Assembly: GCA_028534125.1 (NCBI GenBank) | Contig: CM052841.1 | Location: 67,766,001-67,830,000, forward strand | DNA length: 64,000 bases | Source: Lama glama | Lineage: Eukaryota | Direction: 5' to 3' | In this document: positions 54,729-64,000 of the stretch, in pieces | How positions within the stretch are numbered: position 1 is the first letter of the stretch | Layout of the letters: every line of letters starts with the position of its first letter | The notes under the pieces: generated by a model | Seen by the model: only the letters and a program-made list of their open reading frames with translations | What the model was told of the DNA's origin: nothing | Database searches by the model: none | Translations under genes and position numbers: made by a program

Positions 54729-55027
54729 ATTTTTATTGAAGTGTAGCTGATCTGCAATGTTAGTTTCAGGTGTACCGAGGCAGTTCAGTTCTACACATAC
54801 GGACGTATGTATTTCTTCAAATTCTCTCAGTTGTATGTCATCGTAAGAAATTGAGCAGAGCTCCCTGCCTTATACAGTAGCTCCTTGTTGTTGACCCATT
54901 TTACGTGTAATAGTGTGCGTCTGTGAATCTCAAACTCGTAATGTACCTCTCCCTCGCCCTTTACCTTTGGTAACCAGAAGTTTTTTTTTATGTCCATGAG
55001 TCACTGTTTGGTTTGTAAATAGAATCT
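54729..55027 (-). mobile_element. L1 LINE 3' end (antisense)
   Basis: tttttattgaagtgtagctgatctgcaatgttagtttcaggtgtac...ttatacagtag...tttggtaacca...tgagtc...tttgtaaatag is a characteristic L1 3'UTR reverse complement. Confidence 0.85.
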
Positions 55028-55377
55028 ACAAATTAAATTTAACTTTGAGCTCCCTGGCAACCAAGGAAAAGAGAGGGAAAGGAAAAAAGATGGCTTATGT
55101 ATCTTTCCATGTTTGATCAAAGAGAGCAAGAGATTTCACAGGGGACAAGTCTTTCCTGACCCCAGACTGTTCCAGTGCTGGGTGCCTGCAGGACCCTCAG
55201 TGTCTTCTTTCTCAGCCTCCCAGCCAAGGGCCACGCCCCAGGCTGCCCCATCTGCCTGCTGCAGTCTTTCACGGACCACCCAGAGTTCCAGCCCCTCATC
55301 ATCCGACAAGGGCTGGGCTGGGCTGATCACGCCTCTCCCACCTGCAAACAGCAACTCGAGGGTGAAGGGCAGTTAGT

Positions 55378-55660
55378 CACAAGGGATGTTCGGGGCAGTG
55401 AAGCTGTTCTGTGGGATGCGGTAACAGTGGGCTTCATCATTCGCATTTGTCCAAACCCACAGCATGTGCAACACCAAGAGTGAACCCGGCTGTAAGCCGT
55501 GGATTCTGGGGGGCGGTGATATGTCCGTGATGGGGTGTTGGCGATGGGGGACGCTGTGTGTGTTGGGCGGGGGGTGTAAGAGAAACCTCTGTACCATCTG
55601 CTCAGTTTTGCTGTGAGCCTAAAACTTCTCCAAAAGCTAAAGTCTAATTTTAAAAAAGTT
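55378..55660 (+). mobile_element. Old L1 (L1MC-like) 3' end
   Basis: catttgtccaaacccacag...aacaccaagagtgaacc...ctctgtaccatctgctcagttttgctgtgagcctaaaact followed by an A-rich tail. Confidence 0.8.
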
Positions 55661-55695
55661 CCAGCAAGCAAATTTTTTAAATAGTAATAAAATAA

Positions 55696-55812
55696 TTGGG
55701 GAAATTGTGGGTGGAGAAGGGTGTATGAACAGTCTGTCCTCTGTACTATCTGTGCAACTTTTCTGTAAACCTAAAACTGGTCTAAAAATTAAAATCTACT
55801 AATGGAAAAAAA
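55696..55812 (+). mobile_element. Second old L1 3'-end fragment
   Basis: ctctgtactatctgtgcaacttttctgtaaacctaaaact...aaaattaaaa. Confidence 0.7.
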
Positions 55813-58220
55813 GAGAGAGAAAGAGAAAGGCAGTTTCGAGAAACATTCAGAGCCTGGGTTCCTTTTGTCTCCAGACCAGACCGTGAACAGCTTGGAGGGG
55901 GGGACTGACAGGTGCCCTGTGAAAACTGCAAATTCAGTTATTAAACCCTTAAGCCGCTCTGAGATTGCTCTTCGCTTAATTTAAGCTGGAGAGGGGGCCC
56001 CGCTCCCCTAGGTTAACCGTGATCAGAGCCTGGCGCCAGGCCGGCCAGAGCGTCTCTCCATCGGGTTATCCTCGCTGACTGCACCACTGAGCCGCGGAGA
56101 GACGTGCTCTGTCCGCTTGAAAACCTCGCAGAAACCGCGCGGCCCCGGCTTGCGTCACTTCACAGTAGCTTCGGGGCTCATTTCCCGTTAACGTCTCATG
56201 TGCGCGGCTGCGTGAGGTCCCCGGTACGTGCGTGCGTGCGGGGCCCTTGGGCAAAGGCAGCAGAAGCCCAGCCGCACAGCGGGGCCAGGGGGCTCAGCCC
56301 CCACGCCGGGGCGCCCGCCAGGGCTGCGGCGTGCGGGCCCCGGGCTGGGTCTGCGCAGGGACGCTGCTGGAAGCCCGTGTCGCGGCTGGGCCACGGGGCT
56401 CCCATGTCGGGGTTTGGAGACTAACAGCTCACACACACCGGGTTTCTCTGAATCATAAGGCGCTTACAAAATCTGGAGCCCCGGTGGAGCAGAGCACCCG
56501 GGCACGTGTCTGCTGGCTACACGTGGGTGTCGGCGGCGCTCGGCTCCGGTCACAAGCACGCGGCTGGTCCTCCGGGAACCCCCCTTCTGACCGCCCAGCG
56601 CCACGGGGCTCGAGGAAGGTGGACGGCCCCTCCCCCGCCCCAGGGAGGGTAAGCCCTGGGACGCGGGCACTGTAACCAGAGCACCGACTAGAACCCTACC
56701 ACAGGGCCGCCCCTGCCTCATGTGAGCCGCCAGCACCCCGCGGCCCCTGTGGTGGGCACTGTGGCCCTGATTTACAGCGGGGGCCTCCCTCACTGCCCAA
56801 GGCCACGCACAGAGGAAGGCTGGGAGCTGAGCCCACTACCCGCTCAGGACCTGTGCTCTGACCTGGCCGGACTCGGGTGAGGCAGGACCAGTCTGGGGTG
56901 CTGGTCGTCCCCCTGAGTCCGGCCCGGGCTCCAAAAGCAAACCAGGGAAGGGTCTGCCCGGGGCCTCTGGCTGTGGGGCATTTGCCTCTGACTCCCCCAC
57001 CCTCTGAGTCCATCCTGCCCACTCCGCCCGTCCATCTCTCCCCAACCGCCCTCCAGAAGCACGTCCTGTAACGGACCCTGCAGGCCACCCCCGTTGTCTG
57101 TGGGAAAAGTCCACGCTGGGCCTTGTGCAGCTGGTGTGTGCGCACTCAGGGCTGAGTTTAAAGACCGCCAGGGCAGCAGGACAGGTCAGCCTCCTCTGTC
57201 CTCCCTGGGGCTGGAACCCCTAGGGGCGCAGCTGAGACCCCGGTTCCACCATCACCTTGGGGAGGGTCCGTCTTCAAGCAGGACCAGGTCTCCTGGAGCC
57301 TGAGGTCCTGGGCTCCAGTCAGGTAGGGGCATTTCTCTGAGCACCTGGATGCTTGGATCAGCCCAGGGCAGGGGTCTCCACCAGCCCCTTGACCGCTTTT
57401 CGAGCGTGAACTCCTCCGAGGCAGCGACTGAAGGAACATGTTGTGCGCACACATCTCCAGGGTCTTGATGAAGGGGGTCCTGCTTGAGTCGGGGGACAGG
57501 ACTGCCATCCTGAGCCGGGGATGGGGATGCTGCTGGCCCCAGGACCACTCTTGCCGTAGCGGGGTGCAAGGGACCCCCTCCGAGAGCTGACCCCCATGCC
57601 CTCTGTCTCAGGGTGGACAGGGGAGGAGCCCAGAGATCTGCAGCCTGAGCAGCATGTGAGGATGTGGACAGGGACTCCGGAGTCGAGTGACCCAGCTGAA
57701 GCCAGCTGTGTGCCCTTGACGGCGCCCCAGAATGTCTCAGAGCCCCTACTGACTCACCTGGGACCTCCACCTGAGCCCAGACGGCACCGCCCCAGGGATG
57801 GGAGGAGAGGGCGGAGGTGTGAGGACTGCAGCCCAAAGCCCGGGGGTGCTCAGCAGTGAGGCCGCAGACGACCTCAGGCCATCACGCCAGGGCAGAGGAG
57901 GGTCCTGCATGGTGAGAGAGACAGGGGCCTGATTCCCCGGGAGGAGCGCCCCCAGCCCAGCCCACATCCCTCCCAAGGGGCTCACCACACTCCCTGATTT
58001 CCCTGTGCTGCGGCCATTGGCACAGGGCCCGGGCGGTGGCCGCTGGATTGAGTGGGAGCAGACAGGTCCCCTGTCCCTCCAGCTGGGCCTTCCCGTCCGC
58101 ACTGGGCTCCCTTCCTCCCACCCCATCCATCCATCTCCCTCCTGGATGCCCCACAGCTCACCCCAACTCCCAAAGTCCGTCTTCCAAGAAGGACGAGTCT
58201 TCAGGTGCCATTGTCAGGTC

Positions 58221-58288
58221 GGTGGGATGGATCTGGGGGTGCAGGATGGGATGGATTTGGGGGCGCTGGGTGGGATGGATTTGGGGCG
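58221..58288. repeat. 24-bp G-rich minisatellite, ~3 copies (GGTGGGATGGATYTGGGGGYGCWG)
   Basis: Units at 58221, 58245 and 58269. Confidence 0.85.
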
Positions 58289-58965
58289 TGGGGCCCTTCA
58301 GATACCAGTTGGGAGGCTCAGAAGACGGGAGGTGCATGTGCAAGTGGAGGAATATTCCACCAGCGGGAGTTTTCTGTGAAATTATATATGCACCGGCTTA
58401 ACACACTAATGTCAGAGCAAATAAATAGACGGGGAAGCCGCCCCTCCCCCCCCCCCCCCCCGCTGTCTCGCTCGGCCCAGTGGCTATGCTCCTGGGCCCC
58501 ACATCTTTAATCTTACTGATTCATTATCCTGCCTTCAATGTGGCATATTAATGTTAGGTCAAAAAGTATTTCATCAGTTATTCTGAAGGTCTTATTTCAT
58601 TTTTATTCAAAACTGTGGAATCCTGAGGAAAAATAATTACATGTGAGACCAGCAGGGTAGCTCTGACCTGAATTCGCAGAATCGTGAAATCTCAAAACTA
58701 GGAAGGCGAATAGACTCAACCCGCTCGTTTCACAGATGGGGAGACCGAGGTCCAGCGGCCTGCCCAAGCGCCAGGAGCCTGTGCCAAAGCCAGGCCGGGC
58801 ACCTCGTGCTCCCGACACCCACCCCAGAACCCTCACAAACCATGTGAGGACAGGGGATTTTTACCTGGGTCATCTCATAAGACAGCAAGCTTCCTGCCCG
58901 TGGAGGTGGCTCAGTGACCAGACAACCACCGCTCAGAGAGGCTGTGGCCGCCGTAACCAAAGCTG

Positions 58966-59080
58966 TCACTGGGCACTCCTAGGGCCAGGCCCGGTGCTGA
59001 GCGGGCCCTTGTATCACCTTATTGGGTCCTCCGGTTCTGTGATTGTTCCCATTTTACAGATGGGGAAACTGAGGCGCAGG
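58966..59080 (-). mobile_element. MIR SINE fragment
   Basis: cccattttacagatggggaaactgaggc is the MIR core. Confidence 0.8.
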
Positions 59081-59800
59081 GTTTTTTTGGAAACTCACCA
59101 AGGCCACAAAACGCGTGTCTGTGAAGCTGCTAAATTTGGGGTAGCTTGTTACAGCGGCCCACAGGAAACTCATCGGAAGACCAGATCCATCCAACCCTGA
59201 AGAAGAGAGTTCCCTCGGGAGCAGAGCCGGGCAGGGATGAGAAGGAGAAACTGGGGCAGCACCGTGGCCTCCGCCCTCGGTTGAAGCTGGCACAGGCCGG
59301 GAGGTCAGGCCCGGCTCATCTGCAGGACCGCCCCCTTAGAGGTGCATCTTGGCCCCCCTGCCCCGGGCCTGCTGTTCACTCTCCCCACCCTCCACGCACT
59401 CAGTTCCCTTACCTAGAATCCCAGTCTTGGGCCTGCCTGTCTTGCGGGCCTCAGCCCACTGCCTGCTTGTGGGCATCAGCCCCAAGCCGGGAACGTGGCC
59501 CACCACGCGGACCTCTCCAAGGGCGTCATAGGTTCGGGGAGTCTGGGTGACCGGAAGCAGCCCGAGGAGGCAGGACCCGGTGGCCCAGGAGCTGGGACTA
59601 GGGCCCACCTATCTACACCTGTCCACGCCCCACCGCGGTTTCTTCCTCTCAAGAGCCGCAGGCCCCTTCCAGAAGCTGCTGAGACAAGTCCCGGGGCCCC
59701 AGAAACACGATCTACACAAGGCTCTTCCCTGGTTCCACGATGCTCGTTCCTCGGGCCTCGGAAGCCCATTTATAGACTCTGGACGGGGGCGTGGCTCCCC

Positions 59801-59876
59801 GGCGGGGGGCGGGGCTGCCCGGCGGGGGCGGGGCTGCCAGGCGGGGCGGGGCTGCCCGGGGGCGGGGCTGCCCGGG
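59801..59876. repeat. Tandem GGGGCGGGGCTGCC repeat (4 GC boxes)
   Basis: Four near-identical 17-20-bp units. Confidence 0.85.
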
Positions 59877-59947
59877 CCGTGGAGACAGAAGGAGGCAGGT
59901 GGTGTGATCACTCCCCGCGTGTCTGTGGGTGGCTGTGGGCGGGGAGC

Positions 59948-60140
59948 AGGGAGATGCCAGATAAATTTCATAACACCCTGTAAAATCTGAGTTTAAGGCA
60001 AACAACGAGTCATTTTGTTAGTGTAAGAATGTCCCAAATATTGCACAGACCATACTCGTACTGAAAAAATTGCTTCTTCTTTCTCCAAAATTCGGAATTT
60101 ACGGGGCGTCCTATTTGGCTGGGTTCTGCTGCTGGCAGTG
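59948..60140. mobile_element. MER53-like palindromic hAT DNA transposon (MITE)
   Basis: tgccagataa...aaacaacga...ttagtgtaagaatgtcccaaatattgca...catactcgtactgaaaaaatt...gggcgtcct...ctggca matches the recalled MER53 layout, with tgccag/ctggca inverted ends. Confidence 0.75.
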
Positions 60141-61610
60141 CTGGCAGGAGGGAGAGCGCGGCTGGAAGTGGGTGGTGGGGGTGGGTGTGTTTCGGTGTTG
60201 TCTAAACACCCAGCCTGGTCTTCTGGTGACATATCTCAACCAAGATAAAAACCACGGAAAAGTGGGATACATTTAAATCAACGCGTAAAGAACAAGCAAG
60301 AAAATGCTGGAACACGTGGACCGCCTTTCCAGTAACCTGAAAAGGCCCCCCCAGCGTACGGATTCGGAAGGGCAAAGTGTACCCTTCCAGGGCTGCCTGC
60401 TCTTGGCAGAACCGCAGGTGTTTGCAAAAGCACTTAACTCTGCTCCTGTCCGTTCTGTGGAGGTGCAGCCCTAAATTCCGGGGTTTGTAAGGCATCGTTC
60501 ATCGGTGGTGTCAGCTGCCTGCAGGAACTACTCCCTTCCCCGCACAGCCAGGCAGAGCCAGTGCGGGCGGCACTCGGGACCCTTGTAAACCTGCCGGCGT
60601 CTAAAAACAAACTCAGAAACATGGCCGGCACACCTGAGAAGTTTACAATGAAGTCCTTCACACAACCCTCAGCCACCCAACCCCACGGCCAGTCTTAATT
60701 ACCCCGCAGCCACGTTAAAAGATGGGACCCCTGGCTGAGGTCTGAAAATACCTTCTCCTTGACAAAATAAAAAGGACCTGCCAGCGAGGTTTTTATGTTT
60801 TGACACTTTCCTGACTGTGTTTTAGACAAACCTTTTGAAAACACAGGTAGATCCGCTTTCTGAGATGTCCCCTTTCATGTCCTCCAGCTCCGTTCCACCT
60901 CCTCCCTCCATCCCTCTGTCCCTCCTCTGTCTTTGCCCTCATCCCCCTAGTCTCTGGGGCCACAGTGCAGCCATCGCTTGGATGTGGGGGGACGGTCCTG
61001 GTGCCAAATCTCACTGCTCAGGGAGGCTGTGAGTTGACCTGTCCAGAGGAAGTTTGAGATGGTGGCTGGTGGTCCAGGTGGACCACACCTTAGGAGTCAG
61101 AATTAGCATGGTCAGTTTTGCACAGGTGACCAGGGGCTAAGCTGCCCTAAGGGACTGAAAGACGGCTCCACGCCAGCCGCCCCCACCCCTACCCGAGGCA
61201 TCTCAGCTTGCAGGTCCAGCCCTCCCTCCTACAGGATCCAGGGAAACTCAGATCCAGATGGGAAACCTGCCTCCTTAGGGACCCAGAGCAGCCAGGCATT
61301 CACTTGGCAGGGCTCTGGTCCTTGTCCCCGGTCCCCGAGGGGGAACACAGGGTCATGGGGTCAGCCCAAACCCTCTTCTGGGCCAAGAGAACACAGAGCC
61401 AGGTGGGGATTAACCTGATCTGAAACATTAGAGGGGCTCCACGTCCTCCCCTCCTCTGTGGCTGGCGGTGGGGAGGGGGGTCCCATCAGGGGCAACATGG
61501 TGGCATCTAAAGGGAGAAATGTGTGCCATGTGACGTGCCTGTGCTTCTCCAGTGTGGACGATCTTATGTCATTTGAAGTGTCCACTGACAGTGCACATAA
61601 GAACGTAACA

Positions 61611-61742
61611 GGGGGAGGGGGTAGCTCAGCGGTGGAGCACCTGCCTAGCAGGCCGGCGGTCCTCAGTTCAATCCCCAGGACCTCCACTTAAAAAGTGAGT
61701 GCATAAATAAACCTACTTACCTCTTCCCCTTAAAAAAAAAAA
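61611..61742 (+). mobile_element. tRNA-derived SINE (camelid Vic-1-like), full length with A tail, followed by (TA)n
   Basis: GGGGAGGGGGTAGCTCAGCGGTGGAGC (A box)...GTTCAATCCCC (B box)...ataaataaacctacttacctc and a poly(A) tail. Confidence 0.9.
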
Positions 61743-64000
61743 TATATATATATATAAAATATAATTAATATAATATAACATAATGGCTGAGGGTGTCCTG
61801 GCCAGGGACAGAGTAGGGTGAAGAGCCCCTGGATGCCTGGGTGCGTGGCACTGCCTGTGGCCACGGGGTGCAGCTGGGTGTGAGGAGGGCCAGCAGCCCA
61901 GCCAAGGGCTGATTAACACGTTCCCTCCGAAATGTCCATTTTGCCTCCAAGCTCTAGAACCCAAGGACAGTAAAGACCAGCCTCCCAGGAGCCGCATGGG
62001 TTTTAAAGGGAAATTTAACGTAAGACCAACGTGTGTTTGGTGCCATGTGACCTGGTTTCATTGCCATCACGCTGTGACCCAGAGAAGCCAGCCACGTGGC
62101 TCAACTTTACAACCAAGTGGGGCCGCTCACACATCCCCAGGCCCTCACCTCCTGGCGGGGGGCGGTCTTCAAGTGTCTGTCTGCTGCGTGAGTAAACGAG
62201 TGAGCAAGCAAGCACACAAACCACCCTGGCCCCGCGTTCACGGAGGGAGACAGTGTGTGGTCTGATCAGGCTCAGAGAAGCCAGCCGGGTCTCAGGGGAA
62301 AGAACAGACAGAGTCAGGCCGTCGGATGTCCTTTTTGCTCCCCCTGGGGCCGTGGGTGGAGGCCTGCCTGCTGTGCGCCGGCTGCAGCCCCGTGACCCCA
62401 CCGGGTCTGAGGTCCATCGGGGGCTCCATGCAGCACAGAGCCACGTGCGAACGCCCAGCACACTGCTGGTGTCTCACCTGAGTAAACGGGAACCTCACAA
62501 CCGTGAAGCAGGCGCTGTGAGTCCCCCTCACCTCCAGGAAACCCAGGCTCCCAGGTGGGAGTCGGGAGCCTGGGCTCAGGTGCCCAGGAGATGGCAGAGG
62601 TGATCTGCCGGCCCCGGGACCCCAGCTGTGGGTCCCCTCCCTGTCCTAGCCCCAGCCCCTCACACAGAGGCCTGGTGCTGATACCAACACCCTCTCTGGT
62701 CTCTGTCCAGACGTCCAGCCTAGACCGGGGGACGGGGCCCCTTCACTGCCACCCCCAGAACTTAAAACCGGCCACACGGTCCCCGAGTCAGCATCTGCGG
62801 AACACGGACTGAGGACCACGGTTGTGCCTGTGGCCACACAGCTCAGAGGCTGAGCAGGGCTGAGCAGGGCTGAGCAGCAGGGCTCTGGGCACAGCCTCCC
62901 AGCCCTCCGGCTCTGCCCACGTGGGATGAGCAGGGCAGGAGAGTCAAAGGCAATAAATCCTCCTTCCCTTCCTACTGCCCCCTCGGGCAGCCAGCTGAGT
63001 TCCCGTCCAGTGGCTGAAAATGGCATTTCCAGGAGGGATGGCTTCCTAACTGCTCCATCAATAAGCCAGAAAAGGATCCGGGGGGCAGCTGGGCCCCCCC
63101 GACACCCCAGGGCCCGCTGGGCCGTCCTCATGAGCCCAGCCGACGGCCCGCAGCACCTCCACCTCTGGGGCCGGGCCTGGGCAGACCTCCCAGACGCAGG
63201 GACCGTTTTTGCCACGGCGGTCCCGACACTGTGGTCAGACATGGGGGACAGGAGGGCCAGCTCAGAACCTCCCCGGTGCGAGGGCGGCGACACCGAGGGT
63301 GGGCCCTGGTGGGACGGCACTGCCCTCCGCAGCCCCCCTCCCTGCTTCCTGGTGACTCTGCTTTGTGCCCCCATCCACGTGAGGACGTCAGTGAGTGGGA
63401 CCTGGAGTCTCAGCGGCTCAGGTCACTCCCGGTGCCAATGGGAGAGCCATTCATTCATTCCTCCCCCCGTCCACTCCTACAAGCTGACTTCGCAGCTGCA
63501 GAGCTGAGCCCCCGAGGGCCGCTGGGTGCTGGCACCAGGCCTGAGCCCTCCTGGGCAAGCTCGCCAAGGCAGGCTGAAACCCCTAACCTCTGTGCTGCGG
63601 GGACGCCCCGCCAGGCGGGGACTCCAGCTTTCAGGTGACTCAGGCCAGGCACCCTTTTCCCCTGGAGCCACCAGAGAGCCTGCACCTCTCGCGGTTTCTG
63701 AGTGAAGACAGGAGGATGTCAGGGCCCCAGAAATGCAGCCCGGAGCCCTGCAACCAGCTTCCCTCCCCCGGAACAGGGAGACATGCCAGCGGCCAAAACA
63801 ATCTTCACCAGGCACCCTTCATCTTAATGGATGGGAGGCATTTTTGTAGCAATAAAAATAGATTTAATAACCACATAGCGAAATTACTTTTTTTTTTGAA
63901 AAAAAAGCAAGGTAGTAAATATTCATTGAGGCTCCCCTGTGAGTTCGCTGAGGACTTAGATTAGAACACGCACATGCGTGCACACTCGCGCGCGCACGCC

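Noticed and set aside
61611-61690. tRNA gene
   Set aside because: Has A/B boxes but no cloverleaf, and carries a SINE tail, poly(A) and diverged paralogues; it is a SINE.

Overview
Mammalian genomic DNA, very GC-rich, with 5 N-gaps. It is probably from a camelid, because three short tRNA-derived SINEs resemble the camelid Vic-1 type as I recall it. The first ~17 kb holds the 3' half of OLFM1 (olfactomedin-1/noelin) on the + strand. Visible parts are the coiled-coil M-region exon (615-770), the short alternative terminal 'Y' exon encoding Gly-stop with its own poly(A) signals (2434-~2780), the 107-nt exon (10441-10547) and the last olfactomedin-domain exon (15206-15880) with its 3'UTR/PAS (~16870). 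Reading-frame phase requires one more exon, most likely hidden in the 2948-3199 gap. The remaining ~47 kb looks intergenic: old MIR/L1/L2/MLT/ERV/MER53 fragments, minisatellites and AT-rich, motif-dense islands that may be enhancers. I found no new gene system, and the hundreds of listed ORFs are GC-richness artefacts. The best leads are regulatory or evolutionary: an inverted-half-site REST motif next to a palindromic double CRE, a dense homeodomain-site cluster, ~98% GC3 and an ADEL C-terminus in the last exon, an HRE-containing minisatellite, an ERV LTR with an inverted 3' end/PBS, a miR-1302-like MER53 and a candidate minus-strand TATA/GC-box promoter. Repeat-family names come from recalled consensus sequences, not from a database search.
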